A stretch of DNA of 64,000 nucleotides from a bacterium. GTDB lineage: Bacteria; Electryoneota; Electryoneia; Electryoneales; Electryoneaceae. Position 1 is the stretch's first letter. Every line of letters begins with the position of its first letter. The notes beneath the pieces were generated by a model. That model did not search any database, had not been told where the DNA came from, and saw only the letters and a program-made list of their open reading frames with translations. Of this stretch, positions 10,601-20,147 are shown piece by piece. The stretch spans positions 3,936,001-4,000,000 of the forward strand of contig OY769902.1 in the NCBI GenBank assembly GCA_963669175.1, given 5' to 3'. Made by a program: the position numbers and the translations under genes.

Positions 10601-13600
10601 CATCAAGCTCACTGACCCCGGACCTTGGCGCTGTCCTTGACAACCCGCGTATTGAAGTAGGTGAACGGTTCTGGGTTTCTTTTGCTGCAACAGACAATTT
10701 TGAAGGAATCCTGACTGACCGTGAGGCAGACTTCGGCAACAGGCTCCTGTTTACGAACAACGGGCAGGATTGGTACCCGGTTGAAAGCGCTGGTGATCCA
10801 CTTGTTCGCGTAACGCTTACTGATGATTCGCCGATTGAAGCTGTTGACGATTATTCCAACATTACAGTCGACTGGACACAGGTCAATCCTGAGATCCTGC
10901 GCCTGCCTGTTTCTGCGGCACATCAAGCGCCGATTTACGGCAGGTTGTCGAGCTACCCGGTTGCTGATCGTGCGCTGCAAAGTGGGTGGAGTGGAGCCAA
11001 CGAACTCGATGAGTTCATGGGCTTCAACGTATACTATTCGACTGATGGCGAAGATTTTGAACAGGCCAACGATGAGCTGATCGAGGATGATGTTTACTTC
11101 CTGCAGTTGGACAGTGACCTGGAAGATCAGGATATTATCATTTACCTGGAAGCAGAAGTAGACTCCGCCGGTGAAACCATTTACTCTGATCCCAGCGAAG
11201 AAGTAACCTGCGTCTTTAATATGGCGCCGGCGACTCCTACCAGTGTGCAAGTCGTTGACATTGACGAAATGACTCAGACAGGCACGGTAACCTGGAATGC
11301 TGTCACAACCAACGCTGATGGATCTCCCTGCGTTGACCTTGAAGGATACGTCCTGTATCGTGACGGTGAACTGTTGGCAGAGCTGGATCCGGAAGTAACC
11401 GAATACGATGAAGCGGTTATTGACCCCGGCTTCTACAACTACGCTGTCATCGCCTACGATGAAGTCCCGAACGTATCTGGCTTCGGTATGTCGCCAGAAA
11501 CTCAGATTGGTAATCCGCCTTTCTACACTGGTTTTGAGCCTGAAGGCGAGCCGGATCATCCGAACCCCTTCGTCGCTGAAGGCGACATCTGGGAATGGGG
11601 TGAACCCACTGCCGGTCCGGGTGAAGCTTACGCGGGTGATTACGTCTGGGCGACCTTGCTGGATGGCAACTATGCGACCCAGACCTCTGACAGGTTGGTA
11701 GCGACCCAGACCTGGCCTGTCATCGGCAACTTGAAAGTCAAATACTACCACTGGTATTCATTCTATTCCAGCTACGATGGATACAACCTGAAGGTTTCGA
11801 CCAATGGCGGCGATTCCTGGACAGTAGTAACCCCAACTTCTGGTTATTATACCTCCAGTTGCTACGGTTTGAACAACGAGCCGGCTTTTGGATACACAAA
11901 CAATAGCTGGCAACAGGTTGAGTTTGATCTGACCGCATTTAACGATGCCGATTCCATTACCATCGCTTGGGATTTCGGTTCTTATAACTACAATACCGGG
12001 ATGTACTACGGTGTTGCCATTGATGAACTGGAAATCTGGGGTGTTCCACGCGCAGAACGTGGCAGTCTGACTGGTTTCGTCATGGACTCTGATGACGTCC
12101 CGATGGAAGGCGTCCATGTATTCATTCGTCAGTATCCCAACTACGATGCGTACACAGATCCGGCAGGCAATTACTTTATCTTTGCCGCCCCGGCTGAGAC
12201 ATTGGATGTCGTCGCTGAATACATGTACTACTGGCCCAGTGTCGCCTCTGAAACCGTTATTCTGGATCGTGACACCATCACGGTTGATTTCACCAATGGT
12301 ACAGGAATTCCGATGGTCTATCCTGACGGTGAGCCAACCACAACGTCGCTCGAAATGCTTGTCGACATCAACGCAACTGTAGGTGACACAACTGGCACTG
12401 TACAATTGGATATTGAGAGTGTCGGTACTGGCGTACTCGGCTGGGATGCTTATGTCCAGGTGCTGAATGATGCGCCATCCTTTGCCAACATTGATAACGG
12501 CAACCGTGAGACCAAAGCAGGCCCCGTGACTTCTGAGAACGGGCGCATGATGCGCAAATTCTCGCAATCCAGTCTCGGATCTACGATCACCAGCCCGAAT
12601 GCTGGACGTGGACCGGAAATCGCCCGAGGCGAGCTGGATGAACTGTGGGATATGCTTTACAGCTTCAATCCCCAGATGCCGACACAGAACAACGGGATTG
12701 TCAGTGCGGTGATTGGTGTTGATGGCATTTATGTTGGCGCTATTGACAATGGTGACGGTGGTGTCAACGCCATTTACAAGTTCAGCCGTACAGGTGTTTT
12801 GCAGGAAACCTACCTGATGCCGGCTGAGTTGCATGGTTTCGATGATGCCGGTCCGCTTGACCTGGGTTATGATCCCAAGTCACAGGAATTCTATGGTGGT
12901 GTTGCTGATGGCCACATTTACCGGTTCAATGCACAGATGACGGATGTTGAGTATATCACAACCGTTGACTTCCATCCAACCGGTGTAACCTACGATTGGG
13001 ATCACCACCTGCTGTACCTGCGCGAATGGGATACACGATTTGGCGTATACGATGTTGACAGCGACAGCTACACAGATCTTTACATGGACAACACAACTGG
13101 ATTGTCCATGGGGTTGGCATACATGCCGGCGGATCCCGATGACTACAACATCTATATCCTATCGCAAAACGAGGATGGGTTAGGCGGATACATTTACCGC
13201 TACAGCCCGTACGAAAACGCGTACGATCTTGAGCCGGTTGAACTCTACGCACCTGTTGAAGGTGAAGCTGCCGGTGGTATTGAAATCGGTCGCTGGTACG
13301 CAGAGGAAAATGATTCCTGGGATATTGCCACTGTTTACCAGCGTTCGCAGGACATCGTAAACATCTGGGAAGGTTACTATGCGCCACCGACCTGGGTGAG
13401 TATTAACCCGAACGAAGGTTTGCTGGAACCGTCAGAGATCCAGGAACTCACGATCAACGCTGACTTCCGCGGTGTTGAAGATTTCGCGAATGTGCAAGTC
13501 GGTGAAGAGTTGCAGGCTGAAGTTGTCTTCCGCGGTCCCTACTGGGCCAATCCGCCGGTCGTAGACCTGATCATCCTGTTCTACGATAGTGCAGAGGAGC

Positions 13601-13884
13601 TCGGTGAAGATGCTATGCCGACCACTTACGCATTGCATCAGAACTATCCGAACCCGTTCAACCCGTTGACTTCGATCAGGTTTGACCTGGTAAATGCGCA
13701 AGATGTCAACCTTACCGTTTTCAATGTAATGGGGCAGGAAGTTGCTCGCCTGGTCGAGGGACGCCTTGAAGCTGGATTCCATGAAGTCCGTTTCGATGCA
13801 CAGAACTTCGCCAGTGGTGTTTACTTCTACCGCATTGAAGCCGGTCCATTTACTGATCTGAAGCGCATGGTCCTGGTGAAATAA
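7672..13884 (+). CDS. Giant (2070 aa) acidic multidomain secreted protein with carboxypeptidase-regulatory-like, FN3-like and probable beta-propeller modules and a T9SS sorting domain
   Basis: AGGAG RBS, signal peptide, repeated GxLxGxVxD...TDxxGYY units, C-terminal YALHQNYPNPFNP...ASGVYFYRI...RMVLVK. Confidence 0.88.
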   Translation: MKKVMLFVLVAGLLGGSLAFAQESFQDANAIPASDDPSFLITAPCSERFSELDEVAVAIVKNQTPWSNSNEAILDTMEDVTYDIIGYESFNVVDWDDYDLVIIASNQSTTFYTNLANEMDDLEAYVDGGGWLEFHGAHNAGANQWELWDGTTYITGNVPENVVVDEDHPITQGLDETLTGNSASHGKIVDEPDDCNVIIETSDGYPSLIEYTHGLGTVILSTMTMEWLWANQANYTGGPVLGNTLNYAVHHPTVGALEGTVTDSDEDPLENVEITVWTWGDDPEMVDQLYTDADGYYFFDNTIQEGAYALTAFLPTYVLAEEDSIYITCDDTLTVDFTLEDNEDTGTVSGYVYSAEEELAIEGIDVTIPVLDESVTTDEDGYFTFGAIPTGSYTIVVTDDPPGSEGHHTNTYPGIEVATVNEDLEFYIAVLLDVENFTISAGNGYAELAWDAPSNHEEDLMLVMEEIEDVEAEIAYVEARNVPEEMAKMPAAHQRLYQLRNMRDRMILAQENELDDLADFIGYAVLKDGEIIPDYRPTSTSVTISGLDNGHLYTFAVAADYGYGNEYLHWSDTLEVRPMPEPGYIITPMDYEWIEINPDEGGDGEVAHDNGDDANSGEVSIAPLSFSYYGNVFESFGACTNGWMSMSNFTSNTIGPSIPSTSDPNNTIVALNGDYHAGVSGDDCNIWYYVDEGNDRVIIQFCLRPYSGSHTDYRHNYQVVLDCATDYLHFNYNTSEDWMEYVRANGVIGVENGTGTTASTFNMSELEDETSYLIRYVADFGNIVGTVVDTSGNPVEGAFVYLMGDETMHGISDENGYYEILLADTTGQPYTVVCHADGYEHEQEESVSWEEGEFEITVDFEVTPISTRTAPYVSDWDGDYDDGISIALGQPGSYEHNMMLQLDDGIAANGYMIPEVGQNQMMAVPFITSQGGRLVQTEIQLANPDGIWGAWPDASAGNVIVRIHADNNGLPGDVLYTSSSLTPDLGAVLDNPRIEVGERFWVSFAATDNFEGILTDREADFGNRLLFTNNGQDWYPVESAGDPLVRVTLTDDSPIEAVDDYSNITVDWTQVNPEILRLPVSAAHQAPIYGRLSSYPVADRALQSGWSGANELDEFMGFNVYYSTDGEDFEQANDELIEDDVYFLQLDSDLEDQDIIIYLEAEVDSAGETIYSDPSEEVTCVFNMAPATPTSVQVVDIDEMTQTGTVTWNAVTTNADGSPCVDLEGYVLYRDGELLAELDPEVTEYDEAVIDPGFYNYAVIAYDEVPNVSGFGMSPETQIGNPPFYTGFEPEGEPDHPNPFVAEGDIWEWGEPTAGPGEAYAGDYVWATLLDGNYATQTSDRLVATQTWPVIGNLKVKYYHWYSFYSSYDGYNLKVSTNGGDSWTVVTPTSGYYTSSCYGLNNEPAFGYTNNSWQQVEFDLTAFNDADSITIAWDFGSYNYNTGMYYGVAIDELEIWGVPRAERGSLTGFVMDSDDVPMEGVHVFIRQYPNYDAYTDPAGNYFIFAAPAETLDVVAEYMYYWPSVASETVILDRDTITVDFTNGTGIPMVYPDGEPTTTSLEMLVDINATVGDTTGTVQLDIESVGTGVLGWDAYVQVLNDAPSFANIDNGNRETKAGPVTSENGRMMRKFSQSSLGSTITSPNAGRGPEIARGELDELWDMLYSFNPQMPTQNNGIVSAVIGVDGIYVGAIDNGDGGVNAIYKFSRTGVLQETYLMPAELHGFDDAGPLDLGYDPKSQEFYGGVADGHIYRFNAQMTDVEYITTVDFHPTGVTYDWDHHLLYLREWDTRFGVYDVDSDSYTDLYMDNTTGLSMGLAYMPADPDDYNIYILSQNEDGLGGYIYRYSPYENAYDLEPVELYAPVEGEAAGGIEIGRWYAEENDSWDIATVYQRSQDIVNIWEGYYAPPTWVSINPNEGLLEPSEIQELTINADFRGVEDFANVQVGEELQAEVVFRGPYWANPPVVDLIILFYDSAEELGEDAMPTTYALHQNYPNPFNPLTSIRFDLVNAQDVNLTVFNVMGQEVARLVEGRLEAGFHEVRFDAQNFASGVYFYRIEAGPFTDLKRMVLVK

Positions 13885-13906
13885 GGATCACTTCCTTAGA
13901 ACACTT

Positions 13907-13938
13907 GCCGGCAGCGTGAAAGCGCTGCCGGTTTTTTT
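13907..13938 (+). terminator. Intrinsic terminator
   Basis: CCGGCAGCG-TGAAAG-CGCTGCCGG followed by T7. Confidence 0.85.
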
Positions 13939-14214
13939 ATACCGGTACTACCATATGGTGCCTCTCCTGACTCACAGTTGAATCCCCAACCATACCGGTT
14001 TTTCGGTTCATTAACTCTAGAAATCATGGTAAGACAACAGTTTGCATACTCGATAATGCTTTTACTATCCCTCTCATTATTTTGAATAATCACGTAAGAG
14101 GTATGGTTCTATTCATGTGCAGGGTTATTTTACGTTCGATTGAGATGTATATTCTTGGGTTCTACAAAACATTTTCCTGCAGTATACAAGTACAGCGCTT
14201 GGAGAGACAATTCA

Positions 14215-15822
14215 ATGACCTCTTTAACCTTGCTGGACCTGTTTTCTTTTGTTGCCTTTCTTGCCATTGTTGTCGGCGTATCCCTGTTTGCTTCACGAAA
14301 AGAAAAGAGCACAGAAGACTATTTCCTTGCCGGACGTAGCCTGACCTGGTGGTTGATCGGTTTTTCCCTGATCGCTTCCAACATTTCAACGGAACAGTTC
14401 GTCGGCATGTCCGGGTCAGCTTTTGGCCGGGTAGGGATGGCGATTGCCAGTTATGAGTGGATGGCCGCAATTGTATTGGTGCTGGTAGGTTGGTTCCTGT
14501 TGCCACGTTTTCTGCGCGCAGGTATCTATACCATGCCGGAGTTTCTTGAATACCGTTACAACGCGACAACTCGTGCCATCATGGCAACCTGGTTGATGAT
14601 TGCTTATGTCGTGGTTGCGATGGCTACTGTCCTGTATTCGGGGGCAATCGGGATCAATGCCATCTTTTCCATCCCGGAGCATTTTGAACAGCAATTTGGA
14701 ATGAGTCCTGAAAACGCTCAATTCTGGGCAACAGTGGCAGGAATCTGGTTCATTGGAATCGTTGCTGGCGCTTATACCATTTATGGTGGTCTGAAGGCAG
14801 TTGTCTGGTCAGACTTGATCCAGGGATTTGCCCTGATAGCAGGCGCAACCATTGTTACAATCATTGGATTCCAGGTTCTTGGCAATGGCGAAGGGTTTCT
14901 GGCCGGGATCCATAATTTCGCAACTGTGAATGAAGATAAGCTCCACAGTGTTCTTCCCTGGAATGATCCTGAATTGCCCTGGATAGCCGTGTTCATTGGA
15001 GGCATGTGGATTCCCCACACGTTTTACTGGGGGTTGAACCAGTTTATAACCCAGCGGACACTAGGTGCGAAAAGCCTGAAAGAAGGCCAGAAGGGGATTC
15101 TTTTCGCAGCAGCATTGAAGATATTTTTACCTCTAGTCATCGTTCTCCCGGGCATCATGGCGTACCAGTTGTACTCCGGTCAGATCAGCAATCCGGATGA
15201 AGCCTATCCCCATATGATTAACCAGATTCTCCCTCCTTCGCTGCGTGGAATCATGCTTGCGGCGCTATTCGGCGCTGTAATGAGTTCATTTAACTCCATG
15301 CTGAATTCTGCCTCCACCATTCTCACGATCGATCTGTACAGGCGACATATAAGACCAGACGCTTCGCAACAGAAAATTGTCATGTTCGGCAGGATAGCAA
15401 CAGCAGCTTTTGTCATCGTAGCCTGTCTTTGGGCGCCGATAATCAGTCGATTCCAGGGAGTCTTCACTTACATACAGATGGTCTGGGGATTCATTACACC
15501 GGGTATTGTGGCAGCTTTTATTGTTGGCCTTGTAGTAAAAAAGACGCCACCTCTTGCTGCCAGTGGCGCCATGATCCTGGGAGTTCCTCTTTATGGCTTA
15601 CTGCTATGGCAACTCCCCCAGATCGCATTCCTTCATCATATGGGAATCGTTTTCGTCGTTGAAGTGATATTCATGCTGATCGTAACCCGGTTTGCACCGA
15701 TGCAAAAAGCTGTTGTTCTACCTGACGCAAAACTTATCGATACAACTACTTACAAATCAGTCTATTGGCTTGGCAGCGCTGTAATCGTTGGCGTGGTTAT
15801 CATGTACCTGATCTTCTGGTAG
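14215..15822 (+). CDS. Sodium:solute symporter (SSS, SGLT-like sugar transporter)
   Basis: Motifs DYFLAGRSL, SLIASNISTEQFVGMSG, TMPEFLEYRY, YGGLKAVVWSD, NQFITQRTL; many TM segments; GGAGAG RBS before ATG 14215. Confidence 0.92.
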   Translation: MTSLTLLDLFSFVAFLAIVVGVSLFASRKEKSTEDYFLAGRSLTWWLIGFSLIASNISTEQFVGMSGSAFGRVGMAIASYEWMAAIVLVLVGWFLLPRFLRAGIYTMPEFLEYRYNATTRAIMATWLMIAYVVVAMATVLYSGAIGINAIFSIPEHFEQQFGMSPENAQFWATVAGIWFIGIVAGAYTIYGGLKAVVWSDLIQGFALIAGATIVTIIGFQVLGNGEGFLAGIHNFATVNEDKLHSVLPWNDPELPWIAVFIGGMWIPHTFYWGLNQFITQRTLGAKSLKEGQKGILFAAALKIFLPLVIVLPGIMAYQLYSGQISNPDEAYPHMINQILPPSLRGIMLAALFGAVMSSFNSMLNSASTILTIDLYRRHIRPDASQQKIVMFGRIATAAFVIVACLWAPIISRFQGVFTYIQMVWGFITPGIVAAFIVGLVVKKTPPLAASGAMILGVPLYGLLLWQLPQIAFLHHMGIVFVVEVIFMLIVTRFAPMQKAVVLPDAKLIDTTTYKSVYWLGSAVIVGVVIMYLIFW

Positions 15823-16188
15823 AATCCTCGAATACTCCGGAAGGTTTGGTAATAGGGAGGTATCACCTCAATATTTCACTTGCAATTATTGGTCTGATAC
15901 CGTATATATCCCCCAAATTATTCGGCAAAGACAAGCATAGAATTAACAAGAGTTTACGAATTGGATATTTAGCAGATATCGCAAGATATACAGCAGTTTT
16001 GTTCTTGACATTGCTTTTTTTGAGAGAATTGTTGCAGTTGTGTTAGGATGCAAATCATTTCCTAACATTCACAACCCTATACTCGTGGTTGATTGAAGTA
16101 TTAGCCAGTTGTGAGAGCAGCTTGTCTGCAATTCATGTCATCCGGTTGCTGGTGACAAAACCTGAAGGTGTACATCGCAGGCCCATTC

Positions 16189-17469
16189 ATGGACTTCCTG
16201 ATTTCAGTTTTTCAAACCACAGACACACAGTTTATCATTCTGGGTTCTTTTGCTGTGGTTTTTGGTCTTTACATGGCTTGGACGATCGGCGCTAATGATG
16301 TAGCCAACTCGATGGGGACTTCGGTTGGCTCTGGCGCTATCAATTACAAGCAGGCTGTCATTCTTGCGGGCACGGCTGATTTTTTGGGCGCCTGGCTGGC
16401 AGGCGGAACAGTCACCGATACTGTTCGCAAGAGTATTGTAAATACGGAATTATTCACTCAAGACCCCAATTTGTTGATTCTGGGTATGATCGCGGCGCTC
16501 CTGGCAGCCGCTGTGTGGTTGCACAGTGCTACATTCTTCGGCCTTCCTGTTTCAACAACCCATTCTATTGTCGGTGCAATAGTTGGTTTTGGTCTGATTA
16601 CGTACGGGATTTCAGCCGTCAATTGGGTAAAGGTCGTCCAGATTATTTCTTCCTGGGTGTTGTCACCGGTTTTCGGTGGGTTGCTTGCCTTGCTGGTGTT
16701 CACATTCATTCGGAAGGCCATTCTCCAGGCAGCAGATCCATTTAAACGAATGATGATTATTGGTCCTTTCCTGGGCGCATTCACCATTTGGATCATTGTA
16801 TTGTCTTCAATCTGGAAGGGATTGAAGAACCTGCATTTAGACCTAAGTGGCGCTCAGATATTCCTGTTGTCGCTGGGTGGGATGATCGTTGGTTATATCA
16901 TTCTGCTTCTTCTTATCCGACGGGCCAAAAGCCACATAGATCCGAAAGATAAGCTTCGTCCCATTGAACGAATCTTCATGATTCTCCAGGTTCTTACAGC
17001 GACGTATGTAGCATTTGCTCAGGGCGCCAACGATGTAGCCAATGCTATTGGTCCCGTTGCGGCCGTGTTGCAGACGATAAAAAACGGTGTTGTGCAGTTG
17101 AAGGTTCCGGTTCCGGGTTGGATCCTTGTCCTGGGCGGGGTTGGAATTGTACTGGGTCTGGCAACTTACGGTTTCCGTGTAATGCGTACCATTGGCACCA
17201 AGATTACTGAGCTTACCCCTTCGCGTGGGTTTGCCGCTGAGTTTTCTGCTGCAACAGTCGTTATGGTTGCTTCCAAGATGGGATTGCCGATTTCAACCAC
17301 TCACACTCTTGTAGGCGCTGTTCTTGGAATCGGGCTCGCACAGGGGATAGAAAAGATAAATTTCCAGATTGTCCGCAGCATCATATTCTCCTGGCTGCTG
17401 ACCTTACCCATTGCAGGTATTCTGTCTATCATTATTTATCAGCTACTTAAAGTATCATTTGCCATGTAA
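16189..17469 (+). CDS. Inorganic phosphate transporter, PiT family
   Basis: Two GANDVAN signatures plus GLPVSTTHS and GLPISTTH. Confidence 0.93.
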   Translation: MDFLISVFQTTDTQFIILGSFAVVFGLYMAWTIGANDVANSMGTSVGSGAINYKQAVILAGTADFLGAWLAGGTVTDTVRKSIVNTELFTQDPNLLILGMIAALLAAAVWLHSATFFGLPVSTTHSIVGAIVGFGLITYGISAVNWVKVVQIISSWVLSPVFGGLLALLVFTFIRKAILQAADPFKRMMIIGPFLGAFTIWIIVLSSIWKGLKNLHLDLSGAQIFLLSLGGMIVGYIILLLLIRRAKSHIDPKDKLRPIERIFMILQVLTATYVAFAQGANDVANAIGPVAAVLQTIKNGVVQLKVPVPGWILVLGGVGIVLGLATYGFRVMRTIGTKITELTPSRGFAAEFSAATVVMVASKMGLPISTTHTLVGAVLGIGLAQGIEKINFQIVRSIIFSWLLTLPIAGILSIIIYQLLKVSFAM

Positions 17470-17496
17470 GCGTGGAATTCACTTCGCAAGTAATCG

Positions 17497-17520
17497 ACGG
17501 GTCTGCTGACCCGTTTTTTT
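17497..17520 (+). terminator. Intrinsic terminator
   Basis: ACGGGTC-TGCT-GACCCGT followed by a T run. Confidence 0.8.
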
Positions 17521-17662
17521 GCCAGTTTTTTTGATTTGTTCTTTTGGGATTCCCCTTCGAAGTCTTGTCTTTACGCCAAAAAGATGGTAGGTTGTTCCAT
17601 CTTTCCCAAGCATTCAGTTACAGTGTTTATTCATAGGTCTCGTAAGCTGGCAGGAGAACACG

Positions 17663-19714
17663 ATGGGTGACAAGAGGCTGTGGTTCAAAGCCGTCATGTT
17701 GTTGGTTGTTGGCCTTATGCTTGTTAGTTTCATGGGTATAGGGTGCAGCGAGGATGATGAAGATACGGTAACGCCTTCACATGGTTCCACACCACCGGAG
17801 GATTTCCAGGGGAGTTGGTATTTATACGCCAAGTATGCGGTTGGTGGATCGACTCTTTATGCAGGCAACAGTCCGCTCCTGGAGCTCTTGGTAGACTCTA
17901 CCGGTACCTGGAAAATGAACATCAACGGCTCTCGGCAGGCATACGGTGATGCTTACTGGAAATCAGTCGGTGATGTGACCTACCTGGATCTCTACCAGGA
18001 AGTGTACGGCGAAACAAAACTTTACAAGTCCATCAAAGTCGCAAGTTATTCAGACTACAAGTGCAAGCTGGAATGGCCGGGCACCGCGACCTCGGATACA
18101 GTAGACGCTGTGGATACGGTTTGGGTGATGGCCCGTGGAACAAACAAGATTTTCGGGTTTGTATCCGATGGCTATAATGATAATGTCGCGCTTTCCACAG
18201 CGACAATTACAGTTTCACCACTGGATATGCCGGATTCCATCATCACCACCTTCCAGCCTGATGGCGACGGTTTCTATATGCGGGATGAAACCGAACCGGT
18301 AACGTACAGCATCACTCATGACAACTTCGATTATACCGAACTGGATGTTACCCCCTCACTGGAACGTCCCAAGTTTGCAATCTTCGCTCTGCAACCTCCT
18401 GTTGTCGGTCATATCAGCGGAACCGTCAAAGATGAGGAGACAGACAGAGGCATTGCTGAAGCTCAAGTATGGTCAAATACTGGTGATTCAACCATTACCG
18501 ACTCTGAAGGCAACTATTCCTTTGATGTTCATGCCGGCAGCCGCAGAATTCTCTATGCCAGCCATCCGGATTACCATCAGAACAACCGGATGATGAACAT
18601 TGCTGCAGATGCTGACATTACCGTGAATTGGAACCTTACACCACTTCCCACAACCGGTGTATTGAATGTTCATACGTACAGCATCCACACTGAGCTTCCG
18701 ATTGGCTACAGTACAGTCATTATTGACGACTCACTGGAATACCATACAAACAACTATGGTAACGTGAGTATCGTTTTGACTGGCGGCGCCCATGATGTCC
18801 TCGCGCAGCAGGAAGGCTATCGTGACACCCTGGTTACTGCCGAAGTAGTCCTTGGTGGGAGATGCGATATCGATGTTTTCCTGACACGTCTTCCGGCAAG
18901 CGTAAGCGGCATGATCACTGACGCTGTTTCCAGTGAACCCATTCAGGATGTGCAGGTTGTTTCTGAAGAGGGTGATACTGTTTATACTGATGCGTCCGGG
19001 CTGTATGCTTTCAATGTCTGGCCGAATAACCAGACCATCTTCGTAACCAAAGACGGCTACTTTGATCAGCAAGCGGCTATCACGCCTTATCCCGGCGACG
19101 AGATCACATTGAACTTTGAACTTATCTACATCCCGGATGAAACCACTCTGGACACCCTGGTTTATGACCCGACTTCAGTGACCGCGTTCGGTTATATTCC
19201 TGGTGGTATCCTGGGTACAACCATGACCACGGAAAATCAGGCCAGGCTGATTGAACTCTGGTACTACACCACAATCGATCCTGGTTTCACCCAGGTAGAT
19301 TTTGATGCAGTCCTGTATTCAGTTACCTCTGATTCAACTGAACCTGTACAACAGATCTACTCAACAAATATTATGCGTTCCCAGAATCCCAGTACTTACA
19401 TCTGGGTCAAGGAAAACATCCAGTTGGAAGATATCCAGGTTAACGGCCACTTCTTCGTAGGCTTTGAAGATATCGGTGGTGAGACCTTCCTCGGTTACAA
19501 CGAGAACTACATCAACCATCGTACCTGGGGCTGGAATGCTGACAATGGCTGGATGGATTATCGTGAAAGCCTGTTGGTCAATATTCGCGTTGTCATTCAG
19601 AACCTGGATGGTTCCTACAGTGTGCTTGGCGGTGACGATTTCCCGCGTGGCCCGCTGTATGTGCCGGCTTCCGGTTCACAGTTGCCGTACGCTATAAGGA
19701 CATTGGGCAACTGA
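17663..19714 (+). CDS. Lipoprotein with tandem carboxypeptidase-regulatory-like/PEGA beta-sandwich repeats
   Basis: Lipobox-like GIGC after a hydrophobic signal; repeats such as GHISGTVKDEET...TDSEGNYSF and ASVSGMITDAVS...TDASGLYAF. Confidence 0.8.
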   Translation: MGDKRLWFKAVMLLVVGLMLVSFMGIGCSEDDEDTVTPSHGSTPPEDFQGSWYLYAKYAVGGSTLYAGNSPLLELLVDSTGTWKMNINGSRQAYGDAYWKSVGDVTYLDLYQEVYGETKLYKSIKVASYSDYKCKLEWPGTATSDTVDAVDTVWVMARGTNKIFGFVSDGYNDNVALSTATITVSPLDMPDSIITTFQPDGDGFYMRDETEPVTYSITHDNFDYTELDVTPSLERPKFAIFALQPPVVGHISGTVKDEETDRGIAEAQVWSNTGDSTITDSEGNYSFDVHAGSRRILYASHPDYHQNNRMMNIAADADITVNWNLTPLPTTGVLNVHTYSIHTELPIGYSTVIIDDSLEYHTNNYGNVSIVLTGGAHDVLAQQEGYRDTLVTAEVVLGGRCDIDVFLTRLPASVSGMITDAVSSEPIQDVQVVSEEGDTVYTDASGLYAFNVWPNNQTIFVTKDGYFDQQAAITPYPGDEITLNFELIYIPDETTLDTLVYDPTSVTAFGYIPGGILGTTMTTENQARLIELWYYTTIDPGFTQVDFDAVLYSVTSDSTEPVQQIYSTNIMRSQNPSTYIWVKENIQLEDIQVNGHFFVGFEDIGGETFLGYNENYINHRTWGWNADNGWMDYRESLLVNIRVVIQNLDGSYSVLGGDDFPRGPLYVPASGSQLPYAIRTLGN

Positions 19715-19742
19715 TATTGGATAACTCATAGAACTGCCTTTC

Positions 19743-19775
19743 AACCTGCTCCCTTCGGGGAGTAGGTTTTTTTTT
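19743..19775 (+). terminator. Intrinsic terminator
   Basis: AACCTGCTCCC-TTCG-GGGAGTAGGTT followed by a T run. Confidence 0.9.
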
Positions 19776-19907
19776 GTGCATATTCGATTGGAAATGGGAA
19801 CTGAAGAGGATCCCGTAGTTTGGACAGGTTCTTCGCTAAAGATGACACAATTCGATATTGTTCATAAGCATCGGAACATCATTTGCCTGTCCTCTGGCAC
19901 ATTATTA

Positions 19908-20147
19908 CTACTCCGCAGGAGTTGGATAAGTGAGCCCAGGGTTGGGCATCGTCTGTTTGATGCAAACCCTGGGTTCGACAGACGAGTAAAGTCAACTCTG
20001 AAAGAGTTGGATAGAGGCTGGCACAAATCATAGACACAAACCTTATCCAACTCCTGCGGAGTAGGTTTATTTTCATTCTTTACCCCGGGTGCGCGCCAAA
20101 CTGACGGCGCGTACCCGGGGCTCACTTTTCGTACTCCTTCGGAGTAC
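19908..20147. repeat. Nested palindromic REP/REPIN- or MITE-like element
   Basis: Perfect 23-bp inverted pair at 19908-19930 and 20042-20064, two related inverted GC hairpins (19931-19975, 20081-20125) and further short ACTC-N-GAGT palindromes. Confidence 0.7.

Noticed and set aside
10609-12834. Long antisense ORFs (380 and 358 aa) opposite the 2070-aa gene
   Set aside because: Shadow ORFs expected from codon bias of the sense gene; the same applies to 27065-27853, 31924-32793, 21295-22047 and 59490-60164.
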